Positions 53,340-64,000 of a stretch of DNA of 64,000 nt are shown piece by piece. Position numbers and translations under genes: made by a program. Position 1 is the first letter of the stretch. The number at the start of each line of letters is the position of its first letter. This DNA comes from Schizochytrium sp. TIO01 (taxonomy: Eukaryota; Protista; Bigyra: Labyrinthulomycetes): contig SMSO01000035.1 of assembly GCA_004764695.1 (NCBI GenBank), positions 1,426,001 to 1,490,000 on the forward strand, read 5' to 3'. A model generated the notes under the pieces. That model was given only the letters and a program-made list of their open reading frames with translations, was not told the origin of the DNA and did not search any database.

Positions 53340-56110
53340 TTTAACCATTTCTGCGTGTCTTCCTTCGTTTTTCTTTCTCTTCTTTTCTTTTTTCTACTAC
53401 TATGCCAATGCAACTAATCTCGATGATTCGATGTAAAATATATATACTTTATGTTTGTTTGTTTGTTTTATTTTTATTTTGAAGGGGAAAAAACTCGAAC
53501 TGTGCGCATGTATGTCCTCACAACAACGTGTATGATAATGCATTCATTTATGTTCCTCCTTCTGCGTTTGAGCCCATTTCCTCTCCTCTGACTTGACCCT
53601 CTCCGTCACTCCCTTTCTTTCGCGTCCTCTCTCTTCAGCCAGTTCTTCTCCTTCTTTGCCACCTCCATTTCCTCTCTTCTCTCCTCTGCTGCAACACGTA
53701 AATAGTATGCAGTTCTGCTCATCCTTCAAATGCACATTTCTCCCATACAAATACGAGTTCTAAGAGGTCTCTTTTTTACCTTTTCACAATGTTTTTTTCA
53801 TACTTTTAATTACTTTTCTACTATGAGCATGAGGTCATCGAGGCCTATCTCTTTCTCTATTTAAAATGTAGTATGTACAAACAAACAGATAGTCAGCTAA
53901 TCAGATTAACAGATGACAAACTTACTACCTACTACTTACTGCTAGTCCCTACCTAAGCGCAATCCCTCTGTCCATGGTGTAATGAGAATGGCATCAAGTG
54001 AAAGAGATTCTTCCAAAAGCAGGGTCTCCGTTTTCCCTATCAGTCCCTATCCCTCTCCTAGCCAGGAATCTCCTCTCTTGCCGCCTCCTCCTGCGTCTTT
54101 TATTACCCCTACCTGCCCCCTCCATCCTTAACTATATGGTGTACGTATTTTATTCATTTTCAGACGCCTCGGTCTCTCTTGAGAACGCCCCTGCAACGCC
54201 ATCGCGCTCTCTCCAGCCGTCAGGATTGAATAAAAGATTGATTGATTGTTTCATTGATTGTTTCATTCATTCATTCATGTTTCATTCATTCATGTTTCAT
54301 TCATTCATGTTTCACTCATTCACTGTTTCATTCATTCATTCATTGTCTCATTCATTGATTGATTAATGAAAACGATAGTTCGCAGCAGACGAGCGGCACC
54401 CTTCGGAACGGAACGGCGCTGGGCCGCGAGGGACGCCTCAGACACGCTCAGACAGGCTCAAAGGCAGCAGAAAGAGGCGCGAAGCCGCTTCTTCGAAGGG
54501 GCTCCGGCAATCGAACAGCCCTCCTTCGTTTGATTCATTGATTCAACGATTGATGATGGATTCTTTGTCTCTGTCTCATTCGTCGATTCTTTCAAGTGTT
54601 TTCGATGAAACTAATTGTAGCTGGCTGGCCTGCTAGCCCCTACCTACCTCCTTTCGCTAGCACACGGATCATCATATGCATGCACGTATTTATTTATTTA
54701 TTTATTTATTTAAAAAATTAAAAGGAATAAATGTTTTTGCCTCTAGCTCCCAACCTCACTTGTTTATTGGCTTCGAGTTTATTTCTATTTTTGTATATAA
54801 AAGCTTGGAAATATAACATCACATCACATCACATCCATCGCATATTGGGCATCGCGTATTGGCATACACACCCCTCTTTCCCTTTCGAGTTCCTCCAAAG
54901 GTCCCGTTCCGCAGACGATTAATAATTAGTTTCCGCCTTGTTACTTTCTTTCTTCGAGCGCTGGCGCTTGCCTTCTTTGTTTCCTTTCAAGATCGCAGCT
55001 CATCTATCATTCACGCAATGGGCGGCGTGGAACGATTGCCCTTCAGACTGCCTCTATCGAGTTAATCAAAGCCAGCTGCCGGAGCAACCTCAGATACGAA
55101 TGGACCTTATTCCTCCTCATTACGCGAGGCCAATTCATGTGACGCTCTTGCGCTCCGGGTATCAACTCTCTGCCTGTCTATGATAAACAACACACAGTTA
55201 GTTACTTACTTAGTTGGTTACTTACTTACTTAGTTAGTTAGTTCTTTCGTCGTCTCTTTTCCCTTCCTTCGCTCCACAGTTCCAGGTGTTCCTTCTGGCG
55301 TGCCTCGCCACAGGAAAGCGCGGCTATTGGTAACTCTAAGACCGGCCTCACACTTCTCCGCATTGGACTTCGGATCACGTTAATATATAATTGGGCTCTG
55401 TCTATGTTCTTTTCTGTGTTCTGTGTTTTAGCCTCCGAGACTGGTCACGACTGTATTTTTAATTTATTGTTACTAAGTTATAGTTAAAGATACAGGCGTG
55501 TGAGATTATATTATTTGTTTTATTATTTAACAATTGTCATCATTATTGTTATTATTGCTAATAATAAAATTCTGTGCCCATTCATTTCAAATTTCATCGC
55601 CAACTTGACAACGAACTACCTAACTAATTAACTAATTAACTACTTGGGCAGGCGCTATGAATGTTTTTACACCGCAAGTTAATTTTAATTGAAGTAGCTT
55701 TAAAAGAAAACTGGCCTCCTCGTTTCTTGCTCGTTTGCATTTTCATTTGAGATAATGTGGCTTTGGTTGGCTTTGGTTTCCTGGCCCGTGGCCAGATCGG
55801 CATTTTATTTTGTACAAAGCCAGAACCGCCGGCGCTCCAATCGCTGGAAACCTTCGCTGGCTCACGAAGAGGCGGCCGAAGCAGATGAAATGCCCAAGTT
55901 TAGCCCCTTTCTTGGCCTCTCCATCCCACTAGCTTTCTGCGTCTTCAGCAGGAGCGAATCTAAACTGCCTCTTCGTTTTATCCTCTTAAGAAAGACAGAA
56001 AGTTAAGTTTAGTTTGTTAGTGAGCGAGTGAGTGGCGTCATGTCATTTCGACGATCCCAAGTCCGCCTGAGGTCCATTTCCATCTAGACAGTGAAAACGG
56101 CTCAAAGCCG

Positions 56111-56120
56111 TCTTCTTCTT

Positions 56121-56151
<31 letters not shown>

Positions 56152-56160
56152 TTATTATTC

Positions 56161-56207
<47 letters not shown>
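56111..56207 (+). repeat. Compound (TCT)n-(TAT)n microsatellite
   Basis: Directly visible. Confidence 0.95.
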
Positions 56208-56208
<1 letters not shown>

Positions 56209-58167
56209 TTTTCTCCTCGTTGTTAAAGAGGCCGCGCTTTTGCACGCCCGCCTGAAGAGCCTTGCTGCAGCCGCGTGATGTGAGAGAGAGAGTCCAAAGC
56301 GGCCATCGGTCTCTTCTTTGCTTCTCCAGCGACGATACACCTCCTCCGTCCGCGTATCAATCTCGTGCTCCCGCTTCTCTCTTCTTTTGCAGCTTTGCGT
56401 CGCGAAGGTCGTCGAATTAATTGGGTTCTCGATCTCGTCTGTCTTCGATTTGGGTGGCGATTGATTGGTTTGTTCCTTTATTTCTTTGTTTCAAGTTGTT
56501 TATTTGGCATAGAATGCCTCATTCTTACTCACTGCCCTTCGTTCTTTCGTCCGATCGTTGATGCCTTTTCTCCTCTTCTCTTTTCTTCTCTTCTTTTTGC
56601 TCTGCTTTGCTCTGCTTTGCCTTTTGAATTAATAACTAAAGTTTTAGTTTTAGTTTTAGTTTTTATGATATAAAACAGAAACCAACCTTTGTTTTGCCTG
56701 ATGGTCCCGCTGACTCTTGGACCTCGTTGATTGATACCAATTCCCCCAAATAAGCAAGGTCGCAAGTGCGTCTGTCCCAGGCCCCAGACGCGATAAGGCC
56801 ATCGCTAAGCGTACCTGCCTTCAACTCATGCCATCGCAACTGTTGATAATAAAACTTCCGCGAGATTGGGCCGCACGACGAGAAGAGCGCTCGAGCCTTC
56901 GATCCCTTTTTCTCTCCACTCAGGGGATTACTTATATCCAGGATATACAGGACTCAACACATTCAACTCAAGTAAAATGTGTATTATTTTCAATCAATTA
57001 ATTTTACAAATATTATAAATATCGATATATCTATTTATTTTCATCCTCACTTTCATTTGCCACACTGTCAACAGCACCAGCGAGTGTTATGAGAAATAAC
57101 AGCATTAAAATAACACCAAAATGGATGGTGCAATCGACACGAGCACCGCCGCTCACGCGTACTCTCCGCGTCTAAACTCGACCTGTTACGGACTTGCGGA
57201 AACGAATTACTGCGGCGTCTTTCAATTCCCCTGAGCGCAACCCATTTTCCTTCTTGCCTCTTTTTCTCTGCCTTTCTGCAACTAACTAAGCACAGTGTCC
57301 CTGCTCCAAGAGAGCAGAGCCGGTACCTGCTAGCACTAGATAGCTATTGCTACAGGCGTAGTCGCCTCGGGACCCTACAGTGACACGCTGGTAAGTCTCT
57401 CCTATTGGGTGCTACTGCTACCTATCTTCTTGTTGTCGTCACAATCGACTTGGGATAGTGTGTGTGTCATTTATCTGGTGCTCAACTTGAAGGTGACTGA
57501 GCCTCTTCAAGCACACGGAGCGCGTGGCCTTTGCTGCGGCGAGCGCCACGATCTGTTTTGGGTTGACTTGCGCCTCGACCTGGAACCTCCAAGGTCCGCC
57601 TGTGTCTGTCTCCGCACGAGAGCGATCAAGCTTGGACCAGACAGACAGACAGACAGACAGACCTCACCGCTGATCACTGATGCCATGGCATGTCACTTGT
57701 CACTGCAGAGGTGCACCGAGGACTTCGGACCCACATAGCTAGCTGCCTGCAGTGCCTCGCATCGAACACAGAGTGGCACTCCGGGGTGCGTGCCGCTCAC
57801 ACTGGTTGTCCTTGCGCACGCCGCGCGGCAGGGCTCAATGTCCCAGCTCGAGCTTCGAGCTGCCTCGAGCTTGCGGCGATTTCTTCGTCTGTACCTGTTT
57901 TATTATTGATTGATGATTGATTGATTGATTAATTATTTCTTTTTGTAAAAATAAAATCAAAAAAGTCCTTTTTTTTAGCATTCCTTCCATTTCGCGATTC
58001 TGCGAATCCGTATATGACGGCACTAGGACCCCCTAGTTTCTTTTTATGTGCGTGTGTTAAAGAGCCTTTCTCTCCTCTGACGCTGCCGTTATTGCTTGCC
58101 CCTGATCAACATGAGTTTCCCCCCTTCTTCGCCTGTTTGAGTGTTTAAGCGTTGTTTCTGTGGCCCT

Positions 58168-58212
58168 CTTTGGGAAAACCGACCGCTTTTCAGTCGGTCG
58201 GTTTTCCCAAAG
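58168..58212. repeat. Perfect 18-bp inverted repeat with 9-nt spacer
   Basis: CTTTGGGAAAACCGACCG (58168-58185), spacer CTTTTCAGT, then CGGTCGGTTTTCCCAAAG (58195-58212). Confidence 0.95.
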
Positions 58213-58612
58213 TCCGTTTCCGGAATGAATAACTTTGGCTTTGACTCGAAAACAAAGTCAAGTCAAACAGGCCTATCTATCTATATCTATATCTATATAT
58301 ATATTTATATATATATATATAGTAAACGAAACCAGTAAACACCGCAGTACCATAAAATAGAAATTGAGAGAGAGAGAGAGACAGAGAGAGAGAGAGTGTG
58401 TGTGTGTGTTCTCTTCTCCTTCGCCAGTGCGTGGCATGGATGGCGATTACAATGCCAGGTCGCCAGAAGCTGAGTGGCCTCGCGATGATACCGCTGATCG
58501 TCTCGTCAGATGGGCGAGCTTTCTCCCAGCGATTTGGATTCACCGGCCCTTCCGGAGCTGCTCTGCGAAGGACACAGGCGGCGAGCGCGATGGCAGCACA
58601 AAACGAAAGGGC

Positions 58613-58644
<32 letters not shown>

Positions 58645-60931
58645 TCGTTTGCCTGAGCCGGACCACTTACCCCGCACTCTTGGAAGTGGCGCGTGGTCAC
58701 TAGTATTACTAAACTCCTGTAAACAAACATTTTATTAAAACTTTACTTGTTTTCTTTCCTTTTTCCCTGTTCTGTTCTCCGGCTGAAGGCTCTACTTAGT
58801 ATACTTACTGCCAATGCTTGTTTATTTTATTGTATTTTATTTTGTTTTATTTTATTCTATTCTATTTTAATATAATACATTTGTAATTTAAGTGTTGTTT
58901 TTCTTTTTTCTTGCTTTAGCTTGAATCCCACGATATCACAGGTACTAACTACTGTTGTTGGTTGATTTGTTTTTTGTTAACGATGCCCCTCTTTGTAGCA
59001 GGTATCGCCGCGGCACGTTTATCGCAATGCACTTCATTAGCCCGCTGGCCATGTCGAGGTTAGGTTTGGCGTGTCTCGTGCCATCAACTCGTGCTCCGGG
59101 ATGTTAGGTAAGGTTAGGTTATTCTATGCTAGGTTATCGCTAAACTTGCGGCGAAGTTCGTCCAAGTATTGATGATGTTCATGGTGAACTTGGGGGCTTT
59201 TGGGGGGGGAATACCAATCAATTTATCGAACCTGCAAGAGAAGTGACGCAGTATAACAGAGCGGTTAGAAGAAGAAGAAGAAGATGTTGAATTTGTTTTG
59301 ATAACTATTACAATCATAAATCGAAATAAACTTGTTGTTCTTGTGCTTTGCTATTTGATCCAGACGTTCAATTGCGCTCCGTAGATACTTATTGGTTCTT
59401 TACTTTTTTCTGACACACCCTTGAAGGACTCCTTTTAAAATATTTTTTTTATTTTTAATGCTGTGGGGTCTCTTTTTTTCTTTTTCTTTTTTTTTTAAAT
59501 CGCTGATGACTATAATCACTCATTTTTTATCTTTTTATATTTAAAGTTTTTAATACATGTATATAATTTTCAATGAGAATTTTTTGTTATTCTCTATTAG
59601 AATTTTAAAAAGTAAATTAATATTTTTCGAATCCTAGTAGCCATTTAGAATCATGCTTTTAGTTTTAAACATTAAAAAACATCGATGCAAACGAATGTAA
59701 ACTGTGATAGTACGGCAATGAATGATTGCATAGGGCTTAGCACCTGGATAACAGATCATAGCAAGGGCTACGTATGAATGTATTATCCCAGCTCATATAT
59801 CAATCTGCTGCATTTCTATTCTAGCCGGCACTGAACGAGTGACCGCAGTATGGCGAGAGATAAATTATTGAACGAGAAAAAAGCTTTCTCCAATTCATGA
59901 TCTTTTCCCTCCTTCTCCTTCATGAATAAAGCCAAATCTCTCTCTTTAAAAGCACACGTTTTCATCTCTGCTCGCTCGGCTGACCAAATGCATGTCACCA
60001 GTCAATCCATCAATCAATCCATCAATCAATCAATCACCTGACGTGAGCTTTGCTCAATCTAATGTTTGAAAGGTTTTTCGTTCGTGGCAATCGACAGCGT
60101 AAGCAAGCAAGCATACAGAATCTGCAGCCCCGCGTGAAAAGGGAGAAATGCCATTTGTTCGCAGCCAATGATCCCCTTGAGCTCCAATGTTGTCCATGCG
60201 ACCTTTTCTTGCTCCCCAAACCGACAGTAGAAGCCGCAAACTTTTCCATGAGCACGAAATCGCCACCATCATGACCAGGAAGACCGGCTACCAAGACGGC
60301 GATGTGGCCGCGGTTATTCCTGTTTTATCTGACTCACTCTAGAGACAAAAAGCAGCTCAACCTGTCGAGTCTACCGAGGCAAATTACAAGTAAAAGTCGA
60401 CAACCGTCTGTTGATAACCAATCTCGCGGGCCCTTTTGACGATCTCTCTTGTAATTCCCTCCTGTAATTTGCCCAAAATACGAAGATTGCAAAGCAAGCC
60501 CGATATCCTCAGCAGCAGCGTCGGCATGCATGCAGCAATCAAATTCAGGTGCGACTCCAAATCCACTCTCAGAAACTATCGCAAGCACCCGACGCCAACA
60601 AAAACCACGGTGACCGAATAAGTCCAAGGCCCTGCGCAGTTTCGTTGGAACATGAGCGACACTCTGCCAAAGCGGATGGCGGCGACAATCAATCTCGGAT
60701 GATCAGAATCGCCATGAGAGTTGTTATCATCGCCATTCGATGGACAGACAGACAGACAGACAGACATCTGCTACTCGATATCCACCACGATCGCCACAAG
60801 AGAGCGAATTTCTACAAGGGAGCGGCATTCGTTTCGTTAGAGAGCGATGACACCTGCAGGAAACGCGGCACATGGAAATCAATGAAGCGGCCTCTTCGAA
60901 CCGCGATTCTTTATATCACAGCAAGCAAGCT

Positions 60932-60971
<40 letters not shown>

Positions 60972-63900
60972 CTACTTTGTATTGCCTTGGTGGTTGATTG
61001 TTTGCCGAATCAATTCAAGAATTACCAGCTGATTCCTTGACTTGAGAGCGTTGAAATTATTGTGTGACTCAGAGTGGTCGGAGGACGTCTTCGTGCAGCA
61101 GCACATGGCATGTGTGTTACCTTCACCCGTTTCCTGTGGACTAGCAAGGTCGTACATTTTGGTTGCTGCTTCTGGTAGCATGAAATGTGGCCACTTTCTT
61201 GCTCTGTTACTGATGCGCCGCGAATTTTTCTTTCTCAATCGAAACATCCGCTTTCTGTTCTCACGGTGAGGTTTGCAGTTGCGTGAATTTGGTGATCATG
61301 CATTCTTGAAAATGGAAATCAAAGCACTCCTCCTCGCCACCTCCTTAGCCAGCGCCACGCCAAGAATTCGCAGAAGGCCGCACTTATAAATTCCAATCCA
61401 GGCATGCATACATGCATGCATATTATATATATACGCAACAACGTCTAAGTGATCATCGTTATCATTTTATAAAATGCTCAACAGCGCTGGGCATCGCAAG
61501 CTGTGAATCGAGCAGAAAGAAATCAATAAATAAACAAATGCATGTCTTTGACTCTTCTCTTCGGCAGGATAAACTGCGAATTTCATAATCTTCAATCCAG
61601 CACCCTCTGCCAACAGCAAGTCGTGTGAAGTTATGAACGGCAAGGCAAGGCAAGTTGCAGCACCATTCGCTAGAACAGTCAGTTTATAGCAGCTGCACTG
61701 CACTACCGCCAAAGTACTGGTTTGGAGGTAGCCTATCTAGTAGGCAATCTGGTTCCAGTTCTCTTGACTACTAATAAATCATCATTCGGAAGCGTCTTGC
61801 TCACACTTGCTTGCATTCATGGTTCCCAGAAACTGGACGCCAACGAGAACGCCGACAAGTATAATAGTCTCATACCAATAACAGCGACGACGACGGCGAC
61901 AACGACGACAACGACGAGAACGACGAGACGACGACTCGGAAAGTAGTGCTGCGTTGAACCTTGCTTTGTTTGCCAAAGCGCTGCTGCACTACCTAGCTAC
62001 CTACCTTAGGCACCTGCCTACCTACTCCTACCTACCATCTTTTCTTTTCCTGATGGATTCGCAATATGATGCAAACAACCATGAAGGAAGAGCATTCATT
62101 CAGTCATTCTTTCTTTCTTTCTCTGTTCAGGTGGAAACGAGAGGAGCTTCGAAGGCTTTCTTTCCAACAGTAAATCGGCATGAGACGATACGAGTAGTAA
62201 GCACTAGGCACCTGCTAAGTACTTCTTTTTCTGCGCCTTCTTCTTTTCGGCAACTAACCAATACTATTTTATAGACAGACAGACAGACAGACAGAGAGAT
62301 ATCTTCTTTCGAACGAGAACCTCTGCTCTGAAACCTCGTCGAGCAGCATCCATCCATGAATTAATTCGTTCATGGTACCTAAGTGGGTAGGTAGGCAGGT
62401 AGGTATGTATTCATTGCATTTCTGAATCCATTCCTTCGAGCCCTCCCTCTCTTCTCTTTATTCCACGCTCTTTGTTTGTTTATACTGACTGCTCAGGCCC
62501 TTCCTGATGAGAGGTCTCATCGTTGGCTCTTCGTTTTATTTGATTTGCCTCAGCGACGATTCTTCTCACTCACCGTCGTGGATTCTATCAATTCTCTCTC
62601 TCTCTCTCTTGGGAGGAGACGAAGTTGCAAAAGCCTCGTGCCGTCAAAAGATCGATGAATTCGGCGGTACTCACTATCTACGCTGTGGACCTTCTTGTGG
62701 CTTGAAGGCGGAGGACGCACGTTTGGCAGGTAGGCACAGGCGCCTTCTTCTTCTTCTTCTTCTTCTTCTTCGTGGATTCTTCCATCGTTTCATGGCTGTC
62801 TTCGATTTTGATTTCCAAGAGAAGAAAGATATTTTCAGGTCCCGAAGCCTTATTTGGTGGCTTCAACTGTTTAGGGTGACAGAGGTATCTTTAGAATGAG
62901 CCCTAAACCAGCTTTGTCTTTTCTCTTTTTCTCTCTTTTTCCAATTGATCTTTAATTGATCTTTAATTAACTTTTAATTTTTAATTAATATTTATTTATT
63001 TTATATATATATATATTTATTTATTTATTAAAAAAACTATGGACTATGTGGGCTTAACGTCTTGCTAGCTACCCCTTGTACTCTCATGATGATGCGTGCA
63101 CGTTCCTTCTCTTCATTCGTTTTATGCTACGCTGTTATTGTGCTTTCTATTGAACTCAATTGCTTTGGCATGAGTCATTATTGTTCAAGCCAATAGAGTT
63201 TACCTCTATAGTTTTTTTAGAGTTGGCGTCGCCGCTTTCATGCAGCTGCAATAAACTTTGGAATCTGCCACGCAAATAGACATTCGATGGCTTAAATCTA
63301 TCTGCCTTTGAGTTAAGTATCATCTATTCCTGACAGCATCGAGCGTTTTCAAGATCTTTGGGCCCTTAAGAGCCATCGAAGCCGTCGGCAAATGGAGCTA
63401 CGTTTCATCTGTTTACAGTTGCGGAATTGCTGCGTGAATTGGGCGAACGTGGCCGATGCCGGCTCGGTCAGATCTGATTTGATGGCAAACATCAACAGAA
63501 ACCTTGAATGTCCCGGTCTTAGTCGAAGCAGGTTCTCGTTTGTGGCAATCAGGAACCAATAAATCAACCACACGCGTCGTAAAAGGCCTCGTTTGATTCT
63601 AACCCGAGTTGCTTTCTGTCGTATGATAGGACACTTCGAAGTTCTGCGCAAACATTTGCGTAGTCTGAGGATCATATCGTGCGAGCGCAAAAGCCATCAC
63701 ATAAGTGAAAAAAAAAAAAAAAAAAAAAAAAAACCGCCTGAAAGGGAGACTTATAAGGATATCTGGATACAGTATATAAGACATTGGACATGTTTTTTTA
63801 TTGTTTTTTTATTAGTTGCCTTTAGTTTATCCTTTTTTTTAATCATTTGTTTTTAATAAACGAGGATTCAAAACTAGCTACCGTTTTTTCTTGAAAATCT

Positions 63901-64000
63901 AGGTCTTTTGTTCACTTTTTTTCGAAAGAATAGTTTGTTTTGTAATTGATATCATCCTGGACGAATCAAGGCCCTCCTTAGCAGTACTTCATAGTAAATA

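Noticed and set aside
1-64000. tRNA, rRNA, intact transposon or viral genes
   Set aside because: None recognised by eye; tRNAscan-SE, Rfam and RepeatModeler would be needed to exclude them formally.

Overview
Eukaryotic nuclear DNA with long, mostly intron-free genes separated by microsatellite-rich spacers. Gene content and style suggest a thraustochytrid/labyrinthulomycete-like stramenopile, but that assignment is inference only. In order the window holds: a ROGDI/Rav2-like protein; a Slingshot-type phosphatase; a small acidic, probably nuclear protein; a probable decayed DRC8/EFCAB2-like EF-hand locus; a Frizzled/Smoothened-type 7TM receptor with two cysteine-rich domains; two secretory-pathway sulfotransferase paralogs (one split by a 1-nt frameshift); endonuclease V; an endonuclease III (NTH1) lacking the Fe-S cluster motif; a DUF2867-like protein; two tandem PARP1-like genes; a CZIB/DUF866 protein lacking both CXXC motifs; a polyQ protein with a Cys/His domain (putative transcription factor); and about 12 kb with no recognisable gene. 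The best candidate for an undescribed system is the 28-46 kb nucleic-acid damage block (EndoV, NTH1, two PARPs). Within it, one PARP copy keeps a near-identical catalytic half but has rebuilt its BRCT/automodification region from two internal tandem-repeat arrays and lost its acidic linker. All family assignments come from motif recognition by eye; no database searches were run.
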